A DNA stretch of 64,000 nucleotides from an uncultured delta proteobacterium (GCA_963743305.1 CAVUPH010000042.1:82018-146017), one strand, 5' to 3'. Positions 21,613 to 31,138 are shown, numbered from the stretch's first letter. The notes: generated by a model from the letters alone, not told the origin. Translations and numbers: made by a program.

Positions 21613-22164
21613 TTAAAGAAATAAGGTAACTTTGCTGTTGATGGCATGTTCCAGAAAGGTGGCCACCCCGACGTATTCCACCCCGGGGTAATCGATCATT
21701 TCTTCATGCTTGAAACCCATGAGGTCCATGGACATTTCGCAGATGAATATCTTGACTTCCAGTTCGGCGGCCATTTTGATAAACTCTTCCAGAGAGGCCA
21801 CGTTTTTCTTTTTCATGAGCGATTTCATCATGGCGGTACCCATCCCGCCCATGTTCATCTTGGATAGCTTTACTTTCCCGGCTCCCTTAGGGAGCATGGA
21901 GCCGAACATCGTACCCATCAAGTCCTTGCCGCCCACATTCTTGTTCTTATCCCGCAGGATCGGCGTGCCCCAAAAGGTAAAAAACATAATTACTTCCAGA
22001 CCCATAGCCACGGCCCCGGTAGCGATAATAAAAGCGGCCAGGGCTTTGTCCAGATCCCCGCTGAAAACGATCATGGAGAGTTTTTCCTCCGGTTTGGAGC
22101 CGGCCAGGCCGTCCACTTGGGCTTTTAATTCGGCCAGTTGTTTTTCAATGGCTTCCATTTCCAT
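21613..22164 (-). CDS. DsrE2-type (DsrE/DsrF/DrsH-like) sulfur carrier
   Basis: IVFSGDLDKA, MFFTFWG, ICEMSMDLMG. Confidence 0.9.
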   Translation of the reverse strand: MEMEAIEKQLAELKAQVDGLAGSKPEEKLSMIVFSGDLDKALAAFIIATGAVAMGLEVIMFFTFWGTPILRDKNKNVGGKDLMGTMFGSMLPKGAGKVKLSKMNMGGMGTAMMKSLMKKKNVASLEEFIKMAAELEVKIFICEMSMDLMGFKHEEMIDYPGVEYVGVATFLEHAINSKVTLFL

Positions 22165-22200
22165 AACATCCCCCTTTCGGTGAATTGGGTTAATTTACCT

Positions 22201-22225
22201 TGTTATCGTTAATAGGAGTAACAAA
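22201..22225. promoter_or_regulatory. Inverted repeat TTGTTA-N13-TAACAA, candidate MarR operator
   Basis: Lies between marR and dsrE2; related TTGTTAACA overlaps the marR start region (22721..22729). Confidence 0.4.
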
Positions 22226-22238
22226 ACAATCCAACCAG

Positions 22239-22718
22239 CTAAACCAATTGTTGTTTGATCACCTCCATGGAAGACCTCAGGGTTTCCAAAGAGGCTAAGA
22301 CGCTTTTGCGGTCGACTTCTTTCAGTTCCTGCAACAACTGGTGGTGGAGGTCTTTTAAAAACAGGTCGAGGGCCTCGACCTGTTTCTGCCCCTCCGGGGT
22401 CAGGCCGATTAATATCACGCGGGCATCTTCCGGATCGTCGATCCGCTGAGCCAATCGTTTATGCACTAATCCGTCAATAATCTTGGTAATCCGGCTTTTG
22501 GCCACTTCCAGCTTTTGGGCCAGGCCCTTGACCGTCAGGTAGCGCGCTTCCTTGAAGAGTAACAGGCATTTCATCTCCGCCTGGGTCAGACCAAACTTTT
22601 GGGCCTGGTAGAGGGTCTTTTCCTGGCAGCACTGGGTAATTTCGGCAATCAGGTCTTGAAGTTTTTGGGCCTGGTAGCGGTTGACCTGTTCTTTAGAAGT
22701 GGGGTAAAAGTCGTTCAT
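22239..22718 (-). CDS. MarR-family regulator with vicinal Cys-Cys
   Basis: wHTH LAQKLEVAKSRIT...DPEDAR...LTPEG; ITQCCQE and MKCLL cysteines. Confidence 0.9.
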   Translation of the reverse strand: MNDFYPTSKEQVNRYQAQKLQDLIAEITQCCQEKTLYQAQKFGLTQAEMKCLLLFKEARYLTVKGLAQKLEVAKSRITKIIDGLVHKRLAQRIDDPEDARVILIGLTPEGQKQVEALDLFLKDLHHQLLQELKEVDRKSVLASLETLRSSMEVIKQQLV

Positions 22719-22727
22719 GGTGTTAAC

Positions 22728-22756
22728 AATCTAAAACCAACCCGAGGCCTTGTCAA
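22728..22756 (-). promoter_or_regulatory. Sigma70 promoter of marR, near-leaderless
   Basis: TTGACA-17 bp-TAGATT; ATG about 9 nt downstream; no RBS. Confidence 0.6.
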
Positions 22757-22841
22757 GGAAAAAATGGGGGTCAAACGATTTTTTTGAGATCCGGTCCGTC
22801 GGCTGTCTGCTTACCTAAGTAGTATGAAGATAAAGGTTGGT

Positions 22842-23038
22842 GATTATTCCAGCCACCTTGAAATCCCCCTAAATCCCCCTTTGCCCCCGCGTGCCGCGGG
22901 GCAGGCGCCGGGGGACTTGGACTCCCCCCTTAGAAAAAGGGGGGTTAGAGGGGGATTTTCAGGGTTCGCGGGTGTCCCGAGGAGCAGGGGGGTTTAATAC
23001 GAAAATAGAACCCGGCGCCATTCGGGCATTCATCAATA
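22842..23038. repeat. Palindromic repeat family B copy 2
   Basis: Matches 15708..15904. Confidence 0.8.
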
Positions 23039-23183
23039 TTTAATGAGGATATAATCTTTCCCCGCTGTCATTGCGAGGGAAACGAAGCAATCCCCGGGCC
23101 GAATTCGGGATTAGAATTAGATTGATTTTAAGGGACCGGGAGCTTATTAGTTACCAAAAAGGATCAGTAGCGAACCGAATTCC

Positions 23184-24935
23184 ATGAACGCCTACCGTAT
23201 TTTAATTCCCTTCCTCCGCCCGGGCCTCCGTTCGCTGGCCGCGGGCATCGGTCTGTTGATCCTGGTGGATTTTCTCCAACTGCTTATCCCCCGTTTTATT
23301 AAAGGGGTTGTCGATGCCTTGTCCTCCGGAAGGGCCACGAACGGGACCCTGGTGCACACCCTGGCCCTGATCGTCGGCGTTTCCCTGCTTATTTTCAGCT
23401 TTCGGTTTCTTTGGCGGCGCTTGATCTTCGGCCAGGCCCGGCGGATCGAGGAAGCCCTGAGAAATCGATTGGTCGATCAGTTCTTCCTCCTTTCCCCGGC
23501 TTTTTTTCAACGCCGGCCGATCGGCGATCTCATGGCCCACGCCACCAATGATATGGAGGCGGTGCGGATGGCCCTGGGGATGGGACTGGTCTCTCTGGTC
23601 GATTCGTTTTTCTTGGGCTCCGCGGCCATCGGGTTTATGATTTACATCAGTCCCCGACTGACCGCCGCCGCCCTGCTGCCCATGCCGCTGGTGGCCTACC
23701 TGACCTACCGGTTAAGCCGGGTTTTCCATAAAAAATTTGAATCGGTGCAAGTCCTTTTTTCGGGATTGATGGAAACCGTTCGAGAAAGCCTGGTGGGCAT
23801 TCTGGTAGTCAAAGCCTACAACCTCCAGCCGCGGGAATTGGGCCGTCTTTCCGAACTCAGTGGAAAATACCTGGACAAAAATCTGCAGTTGGCCCGCATT
23901 ACCGGGACGCTTTTCCCCTTATCCCTGCTCTTGACCAACCTGAGTCTGGCCGTGGTGATCTGGCTGGGCGGGATCCAGGTCTACCAGGGAAAGATCACCA
24001 CCGGCGATTTCGTGGCCTTCATCAGTTACCTGGGTATGCTGGGATGGCCGGTCATGGCCCTGGGCTGGGTAGTCAACCTGTTGAAACGGGGAGGCGTATC
24101 GCTGGAGCGGATCGGACGGCTCCTGGATGAAAAACCGGAAATCGCCGATCGTCCCGGAATAACGTCACCGCCCGCACCCATCCGGAAGATATCAATCCAT
24201 AATCTTATCTTTTATTATCCGGGAGAGAAACAGCCGGTGCTGAAGGGCCTGAATCTGGAAATTGCCGCCGGGCAACAAATACTTTTTACCGGGCGAACGG
24301 GTTCCGGAAAGACCACCCTGGCGCAACTACTGGTCCGGCTCTATGATCCTCCCCAGGGGACCGTTGCCCTGGACGGACGGTCGATCCACAACATACCGCT
24401 GGGGTACTTAAGGAGTACCATTTCCTTAGTCCCCCAGGTACCTTTTCTTTTTTCCGATACCCTGCGGGCCAACCTGCGGATGGCCGACCCCAAAGCCGAA
24501 GAGGCCCAATTGTGGGAGGCCCTGGCCCTGGCCGCCCTGGATAAGGATGTCAGGGCCTTTTCCGAAGGGCTGGAGACGGTGGTGGGAGAAAAAGGGGTGC
24601 TCCTTTCCGGGGGACAGCGTCAACGATTGGCCCTGGCCCGGGCCTTGTTGTTCAATCCGCTTTTTCTGATTCTGGATAACACCCTGGCCTCGGTCGACCT
24701 GTCCACCGAACGGCAGATTCTCGAAGCCTTGAAGTCCCGGCGCCAGGGATTAACCACCATATATATTTCTCACCGCCTGGTGGGGCTGGAGGCCGTGGAT
24801 GGAGTTTTTCTTTTTGAGGCGGGGCGGATCGTCGAATCCGGGCGCCACCAGGCCCTGATGGAGCAAAAGGGTCTCTATTCCCGGCTCTATCAAAGGCAGC
24901 GTCTGGAAAAAGAAATCCAGGAGGGCGTTTTTTGA
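23184..24935 (+). CDS. ABC exporter half-transporter (MdlA/YheI-like)
   Basis: TMD plus GRTGSGKT and LSGGQRQR; degenerate Walker B ILDN. Confidence 0.92.
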   Translation: MNAYRILIPFLRPGLRSLAAGIGLLILVDFLQLLIPRFIKGVVDALSSGRATNGTLVHTLALIVGVSLLIFSFRFLWRRLIFGQARRIEEALRNRLVDQFFLLSPAFFQRRPIGDLMAHATNDMEAVRMALGMGLVSLVDSFFLGSAAIGFMIYISPRLTAAALLPMPLVAYLTYRLSRVFHKKFESVQVLFSGLMETVRESLVGILVVKAYNLQPRELGRLSELSGKYLDKNLQLARITGTLFPLSLLLTNLSLAVVIWLGGIQVYQGKITTGDFVAFISYLGMLGWPVMALGWVVNLLKRGGVSLERIGRLLDEKPEIADRPGITSPPAPIRKISIHNLIFYYPGEKQPVLKGLNLEIAAGQQILFTGRTGSGKTTLAQLLVRLYDPPQGTVALDGRSIHNIPLGYLRSTISLVPQVPFLFSDTLRANLRMADPKAEEAQLWEALALAALDKDVRAFSEGLETVVGEKGVLLSGGQRQRLALARALLFNPLFLILDNTLASVDLSTERQILEALKSRRQGLTTIYISHRLVGLEAVDGVFLFEAGRIVESGRHQALMEQKGLYSRLYQRQRLEKEIQEGVF

Positions 24936-24948
24936 CTTTCTGCGAGGT

Positions 24949-25100
24949 TAGGATCTGTAAACAAATAACCTTAACAAACGGCCCTACAACCGTTCGCCCT
25001 GAGCATGTCGAAGGGTGAACGATACGGCAATGCTTCGACAGGCTCAGCATGAACGGAGATATTAGCGGCATTGTACAGCTTATTTCTTGACGGGTTCTTA
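24949..25100. mobile_element. MITE family C copy 1
   Basis: Ends TAGGATCTGTAAACAAATAA / TTATTTCTTGACGGGTTCTTA; internal CTGAGC..GTCGAA hairpin pair; inverted copy at 60843..61023. Confidence 0.75.
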
Positions 25101-25103
25101 TAG

Positions 25104-26880
25104 ATGGCTCCCAATGATTTCGGTTATTTTGAAGGGGAGCACTTGGGCAAGCCGTACGATTTTGGCCTGCTGAAGAAGGTCCTTCCTTATTTATGGCCCT
25201 GGCGATTCCGGTGGCTGCTGGTGATGGTGCTGACTCTGGCCGGGACCGCCCTGGACCTGGTCCCTCCCTACCTGACTAAACTGGCCATCGATCAATATAT
25301 CCTCAAAGGGCGGGTCCAGGGCCTGGGGTTTTTGGCTTTATTGCTGCTGGTGGCCCTGGTTTTTGGCTATGCGCTCCAATATACCCAGGTAGTGATCATG
25401 GAACAATTGGGCCAGCGGGTGATGCATGCCCTGCGCCTGGACCTGGTGGCCCATCTCCTGTCACTGCCGCTGCCCTTCTACCAGCAGCATCCGGTAGGGC
25501 GGCTGGTTACCCGGGCCACCAACGATATCGAGAACCTGAATGAGATGGTCAAGTCGCTGCTCTCGACCCTGGTTAAGGATATCCTGCTGTTCCTGGGGAT
25601 TATGGGGGTCCTTTTCTACCTAAATTTTAAGCTGGCCCTGATCACCTTTGCCGTACTGCCGGTCATTTTTGTGGCCGCCCGGCTTTTCAGCCGGAAGGCC
25701 CGGGACGCCTTCCGGGATTTGCGTCGCTGGGTAGCTCACCTGAATTCCTTTATCCAGGAAACCCTTTCCGGCATGACCCTGATCCAGCTCCTGAAAACGG
25801 AAGCGCAACGGACCGAGGACTTTCGTGGGGTGAATCACCAGGCCTATCTGGCCGGGATGAAGCAGATTCAGGTGTTCGCTTTGTTCATGCCGCTCATGGA
25901 ATTGATCTCGGCCGGCGCCGTGGCCCTGTTGATCTGGTACGGCGGCGGTCAGGTCATTCGCCAGACCCTGACGCTGGGCGCCCTGGTGGCCTTCCTGTCG
26001 TATATCCAGATGTTTTTTCGTCCCCTGCGGGAGTTGACCGAAAAATACAGCGTCCTGCAATCGGCCATGGCCTCCCTGGAGCGGATCTTCGCCCTGATGG
26101 AGGAAAAAGCCGAGGAGGGACCGGAGGAAACCTTATTTCGGCGTCCGGCCCGGGTCCAAGGGGAGATAGCCTTCGACCGGGTCAGCTTTGCTTATCAGGA
26201 CGAAGAGTGGGTGCTCCAGGACATTTCTTTCACCATCCGGCCAGGAGAAGCTGTAGCCATCGTCGGGATGACCGGAGGAGGGAAGACCACCCTGATTCAA
26301 CTTGCTGGAGGGTTTTTATACCCCCCAGCAGGGAGAAATCCGGATCGATGGGATTCCCCTTCGATCGTTTTCCAAGAATTTTTTGAGGGCCCTGGTCGGG
26401 TTGGTCCCCCAGGAGGTTTTTCTCTTCGCGGGCGACCTGAAAGAAAATATTCTTATTAGCGGATCAGGCAACCCTTTCTTCCGGGGCGACCGGAATAAAA
26501 TATGGGAGGAAATCCAGCCCCTTTTCCAGGATTTCCAGGGACGAAAGGTCGACACCCTGTCCTCCGGAGAACGGCAGTTGGTGGCCATGGCCCGGGTTTT
26601 AGCCCGGGACCCGGCGATCCTGGTGCTGGATGAGGCCACCGCCCACCTGGACGCCCAGACGGAAGAAAAAGTCCAGGCCGTTCTGGGCAGGCTGCTGACC
26701 GGGCGGACCTCGCTGGTCATCGCCCATCGGCTCTTTACCCTGCGCCAGGCCTCCCGGATTATGGTCCTGCATCAGGGCCGCCTGGTCGAGGAAGGGACCC
26801 ACGCGCAGCTCATGGACCGGAAAGGGTACTATTACCGGTTATACCGGTTGCAGTATAATGAGGTTCAAAACGGGGAATGA
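25104..26880 (+). CDS. ABC exporter partner half-transporter (MdlB/YheH-like); +1 frameshift at ~26302
   Basis: TMD, GMTGGGKT, then LSSGERQ and LVLDEAT in the next frame. Confidence 0.88.
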
Positions 26881-27240
26881 ACGGGAATCTTCCAAACCAA
26901 ACCCACAAACAGTGCGAGCCACACGGCGGTCCGGAAGGTCATCGCCCGAAGGCTGTCGATCGCCACTGAGCCCCCCGCCGCGTACAGCCAGACAATGGCA
27001 ACCAGCACGACGAGATTGAGAACGAAGATTACGGCCGCCGCGTACTTGCCCCAGTGGAGGCTGCGCCAGATGACTAGGCCCGCCGCGAGATACGCCACGC
27101 CCATGGCCGTGTTGTAGATCAGCAGAGGTCGATAGACGACGTACCCCGGATCTGACCAGCCCGTGAGGACACGCCCGCCCGCCACGATTGTAGCGAGGCC
27201 GAACACAGCCGCGACGACCGCCAGGGTTCGTTGCCTGAGT
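26865..27240 (-). CDS. Four-TM membrane protein, probable former gene cassette, 5' end uncertain or truncated
   Basis: Hydrophobic ORF immediately after a half attC site. Confidence 0.6.
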
Positions 27241-27248
27241 CTGCTGAT

Positions 27249-27264
27249 GAGCGCAGGGTTAGGC
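27249..27264 (-). other. Truncated attC (left half only)
   Basis: Minus strand GCCTAAC-CCTGCGCTC; the methyltransferase stop TAA lies inside the RYYYAAC. Confidence 0.55.
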
Positions 27265-27831
27265 AACCGACCCACCCCTGTTGATCAGAAGGACCGCTCG
27301 GCTGAAGAAAATGTCGAGAGGTCGGCCTTTCGAGAGCCCGGCTTTTTCGGCGAGGTCCAGGGTCCGATCGAAGGCGGCCTGCCTGACGTGTCCTTTGGGC
27401 TCCGCCAGCAGGAATTTCCCGCCGGGCTTGAGCGCCCGGCCGATCTGTTGAAGCAGCGATTCCTGATCCGGCACTTCATGCACCATCCAGAACGCCAGGG
27501 CCAGGTCAAATTCCGCTTCAAAAGACAAACCCGAAGGTCCTACCTGATGCAGACGGATTCGGGACAACAATCCGGCTTTCTCGGCGCGACGCCTGACGCC
27601 GGCCAGCATCTCCGGCTGCAGGTCCGCGGCCGTAACGGACCCGGAAGGTCCGACGATTCCGGCCAGAGGAATCGTGAAAAAGCCGATCCCGCATCCCAGG
27701 TCCAGGCAGGCGTCCCCCGGGCGAACGATATTCTGGAGAATCCGCTCCGGCTTCTGGACCAACCGCCGCAGAGGGTTGTCAAAGGTGTGAATCAGCCACC
27801 AGGGACAGACATATGTCTTGGTAGATGCCAT
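27259..27831 (-). CDS. Class I SAM-dependent methyltransferase (cassette-like)
   Basis: CLDLGCGIGFF motif I; VCPWW N-terminus. Confidence 0.88.
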   Translation of the reverse strand: MASTKTYVCPWWLIHTFDNPLRRLVQKPERILQNIVRPGDACLDLGCGIGFFTIPLAGIVGPSGSVTAADLQPEMLAGVRRRAEKAGLLSRIRLHQVGPSGLSFEAEFDLALAFWMVHEVPDQESLLQQIGRALKPGGKFLLAEPKGHVRQAAFDRTLDLAEKAGLSKGRPLDIFFSRAVLLINRGGSVA

Positions 27832-27879
27832 TTTCGATGGTTTCCTTGTGTTTAGTCTTTTACCTGTTCGGCTCACTTA

Positions 27880-28176
27880 TCATCTTGTCCAGATCTGCCC
27901 AGCAACATCCATGGCTCCATGGATGACAGCCAGAACGTCAATCTGGTCTGCCTTTATGTGGTAGATGATACGGAAGGAACCTTCGATCACTTCGCGAATC
28001 TGGTCAACATCATATTCGGGGACTCTACGGCCTGAGAAAGGGAATTCGGCAATTTGTTGAGATCTTCGGGTAAGCCGATCCACCATGCGCTTGGCATATT
28101 CGGGCGAATCCTGAGCAATGTAAGCATAGATGGCGTCAAGATGCCCTTCGGCTGTATCGGTCCAGTGGACTTTCAT
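27880..28176 (-). CDS. RelE/ParE-family toxin
   Basis: VHWTDTA...IYAYIAQDS...FPFSGR.VPE...RIIY...VIHG. Confidence 0.9.
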   Translation of the reverse strand: MKVHWTDTAEGHLDAIYAYIAQDSPEYAKRMVDRLTRRSQQIAEFPFSGRRVPEYDVDQIREVIEGSFRIIYHIKADQIDVLAVIHGAMDVAGQIWTR

Positions 28177-28361
28177 TCCGGTAAACCGTACTTCGCCCGG
28201 ACCTCTTTCACGTCCTTGGTCCGGCCTGCTTTGCTGTCGGCCAATCCGCGCTCAACCGCCTCCCGGACGTAAATCTCGCGCATGAGATCATCCCATGTGG
28301 CGTTTGGTGGCATCCGATCGATGATCCTGTGGGCTTCTTCCTTTTCCATGATTATCGACAT
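28173..28361 (-). CDS. Cognate antitoxin
   Basis: P.NATWDDLM.EIYVREAVERGLAD..AGR; 4-bp overlap with the toxin. Confidence 0.85.
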   Translation of the reverse strand: MSIIMEKEEAHRIIDRMPPNATWDDLMREIYVREAVERGLADSKAGRTKDVKEVRAKYGLPE

Positions 28362-28400
28362 AGCATTCTCTCCTTCTTTCTTGTCATAGAATAGCACCAA

Positions 28401-28463
28401 ACTGAACGAACCCCCAGGATGAGGAGCGCGGCTTGGCGCGTCTGCTCAATCCGTTTGATGGGC
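28401..28463 (-). other. Degenerate integron attC site
   Basis: GCCCATC (R'' with one mismatch)-GGATtGAGCAG...CTCCTCATCC (L boxes with extrahelical base)-GTTC; about 63 bp. Confidence 0.65.
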
Positions 28464-28771
28464 CGGGGACCAGCAGGCCTAAAAAACTTAATGATGGGGC
28501 GCTCCGCAGCCTGGGGGATGGGCCGCCGGCAGGCGGCGCCAAGTTATTCTAAAGTTTTCTTTATAACTTCCCCCCCAAAGGATTTCTTTGGGGATAGGAA
28601 TAAAGACCATTAGTCTTTTTTGGTCGACTTATGGTTTGCCAACCCCTTCAGATTTTTTGTAACCTATTATAAATGATAAATATTATCTTGAAAAAGATAT
28701 TTTATTTAATAAAATATAAGTGATGTATATCATCTCAATTAAAAGGATAAACAGAAATAGGAGGATTCTTC

Positions 28772-28915
28772 ATGCTGGCTGTCCCTTCGGCTTTACAGGC
28801 CCAATTTGAAGAATATTTGCGAAAAAAATCATTCCCTAACCAACTTCAGGGGGAATCTGTATAAAAAATGGCTGCACTATTACCTGGACTTTTGTGGGAA
28901 ATATTCTTTCTTTCC
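28772..28915 (+). pseudogene. N-terminal relic of an integron-integrase-like gene
   Basis: AGGAGG RBS; MLAVPSALQAQFEEYLRKK.../YKKWLHYYLDFCGKY resembles long-IntI N-terminal domains (recalled, not searched); divergent from the cassettes. Confidence 0.6.
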
Positions 28916-29022
28916 CCCCCCATCTATAAAGAAAAGAAAGCCTGCCCAAATTCTCCCAAGAACCTCCAGACCTATAGAGGATGGATGCAATCAATTGAGG
29001 CAACGATCGTGGAATGGTTGGC

Positions 29023-29051
29023 AGCCTAACTGCGGCGTTCAGTCGTTAGTC
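29023..29051 (-). other. Collapsed attC (centre deleted)
   Basis: Minus strand GACTAAC-GA-CTGAACGCCGCA-GTTAGGC: perfect R'' and R' only about 29 bp apart; upstream stop codon inside R''. Confidence 0.6.
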
Positions 29052-29400
29052 CTTTACCCATCCCTTCCGCTGTTGATCTCTTGTCCGCAAACGGGCGCGG
29101 GTCATCCGCTCGCGCAGACCGCCGTCTTTTAGGAAATTCTTTTCCAGCGCCTTTAGCTGCTGATCCAGCAGTCGCAGCCTTGCTCCCCTCAACGATATTC
29201 TGCTTGCCGGAGCGGGCGGCCTGTACCATCTGATCGACCGTGCGGTCACGCTTTCTGAGAAAGCGCTCACAGAACCGGTAGGTTATTTGATAGACCACCT
29301 CGGATTTCTGATAAGAAAGAAGGGTTTGGTAGTCGCCCCGAGGGGGTAAAATCAAAGACGGGGAATCATGGGAGGTCTGGGAATTCTGCGAAGCCGTCTT
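29046..29400 (-). pseudogene. Four-helix-bundle (suffix-domain type) protein with internal deletion/frameshift
   Basis: RGDYQTLLSYQKS...DRTVDQMVQAARSGKQNIVEGS then, in another frame, LLDQQLKALEKNFLKDGGLRERMTRAR. Confidence 0.75.
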
Positions 29401-29645
29401 CCCCTTGCGCTCATGATTCCCATTTTTCCCATCACCCGCCTTTTTCACAACAACCACCGAATCGCAACCAGCGCAACATTCCTGTCCGCCTCCTTCTCCC
29501 GTTCAAGATGTTCCCGGCCCAGCTTAATCGTATCCTACTTAAATCATTCCAAATGTCAATAAATCTGTTGACAGAGTATTCGTCGCCATTTTATTTAATC
29601 CTCTGGATATCATGGTATTTTCAACATACATAGGGAGGCCAGGAC

Positions 29646-30437
29646 ATGGATTTAGGTCTGAAGGATCGGGTGGCCCTGGTGTGCGGGGCCAGTAAGGGGT
29701 TGGGAAAGGCGGTGGCCCTGGGGCTGGCCCGAGAAGGGGCCAGGCTGGCAATCTGCTCCCGTAGCCTGGAAAATATACAACAGGCGGCCGAGGAGATCCG
29801 AAGGGACACCGGGACGGAGGTAGTCCCCCTGACGGCCGATATGTCGTCCTCCGAGGAGGCCAGGCGTTTTTTCCGTGAGGCCTATCAACACTACGGGCAT
29901 GTGGATATTCTGGTGAACAACGCGGGGGGGCCGCCCTCCCTGCCTTTTCTGGAAATCAGCGAGGATCACTGGCAGGCAGCCTTCCAATTGACCCTGATGA
30001 GTGCCGCGACTTTGATGAAAGCGGCGATCCCGGTCATGCAGGCCCGCAAGTTCGGGCGGATCATCAATGTGACCTCGGTGGCCGTCAAACAACCGATCCC
30101 GGGCCTGATCCTTTCCAACGCCCTGCGGACCGGCCTGGTGGGCCTGGCCAAGACCCTGGCCACGATTTACGCGCCGGACAACATTCTGATCAATAACGTC
30201 TGTCCGGGGTACACGTTGACCGAGCGGGTTCGTGAATTAGCCGAGGTGGTAGCCCGGCGGCAGCAGACCACCCCCGAAGCGGTCATCCAAGGCTGGGAGG
30301 CGGAGATACCCATGGGGCGACTGGGAAAGCCGGAAGAATTGGCGGACCTGGTGGTTTTTCTGGCTTCGGAGCGGGCCGGCTACCTTACGGGGGCCACGAT
30401 ACAAGTGGATGGAGGGTATTACCGGGGATTGATGTGA
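29646..30437 (+). CDS. SDR-family oxidoreductase (FabG-like)
   Basis: GASKGLG, LVNNAG, GRLGKPEE, VDGG. Confidence 0.92.
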   Translation: MDLGLKDRVALVCGASKGLGKAVALGLAREGARLAICSRSLENIQQAAEEIRRDTGTEVVPLTADMSSSEEARRFFREAYQHYGHVDILVNNAGGPPSLPFLEISEDHWQAAFQLTLMSAATLMKAAIPVMQARKFGRIINVTSVAVKQPIPGLILSNALRTGLVGLAKTLATIYAPDNILINNVCPGYTLTERVRELAEVVARRQQTTPEAVIQGWEAEIPMGRLGKPEELADLVVFLASERAGYLTGATIQVDGGYYRGLM

Positions 30438-30603
30438 ATCCCAAAGGCCATCTCGCCCATGCCGTGGGGATCAAGCGCAGTGGGCCCGCCGGGCGCATGC
30501 TTAACCACTTCCTGGCATCCCGGAGAGGGTCAACCGGGAGATCCAAATCAAATTCAGCGCTCCGGTCCTTCTAAATTTGTCCGAAAAGAAACTGTTTTGA
30601 ATG

Positions 30604-30632
30604 ACCAGCCGCCGGCACGGCCGGCGGCTGGT
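30604..30632. terminator. Hairpin between convergent SDR and Cache genes
   Basis: 12-bp perfect stem ACCAGCCGCCGG/CCGGCGGCTGGT. Confidence 0.6.
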
Positions 30633-30670
30633 TTGAGGTTTCCTGGAGGGGATACAAATTAATCCGATTA

Positions 30671-31138
30671 TTAAGAAATCGGTCGATAAAACCCGCAGCC
30701 AACCATAATGTCCTCAACGCGCTCGACGTAACTTGACTTAAGTTCCATTTTCTTTGTGGCCGGATTGCTCCATTTGTAATCATACCAGCCTTTTCCCTTC
30801 GATTTAGCGATCTCGATCATATCCTTGATCAGGGGCTTGCCGTCCGGATCTTTCAGCCCGATCAAGTCCTTCCCGACCATGCCGGGGTTCGCTCCCTGAG
30901 CGACACATTTACCGGTAAAATCGTAGGCGAAGATGAACAAACCCTTGGGGATGTCCGCAAATTTTCCGTTGGGATTGCTGAATTCAGCCAAAGCCTTGGC
31001 TTTACCATTGGCTTGGTAATAGGCCACCGCATTTTTCACCAGCATTTCCGCGTCCTTGGCCGTCCCTCGCTCCTCCGCAAAGCAAAACCCGGCCATCAGG
31101 AAGATAGCCAATCCCGCAAACAATACTACTTTCTTCAT
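30671..31138 (-). CDS. Stand-alone secreted single-Cache domain protein
   Basis: Signal peptide; FIFAYD...GKDLIGLKDPDGK...GWYDYKWSNP...KSSY. Confidence 0.85.
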   Translation of the reverse strand: MKKVVLFAGLAIFLMAGFCFAEERGTAKDAEMLVKNAVAYYQANGKAKALAEFSNPNGKFADIPKGLFIFAYDFTGKCVAQGANPGMVGKDLIGLKDPDGKPLIKDMIEIAKSKGKGWYDYKWSNPATKKMELKSSYVERVEDIMVGCGFYRPIS

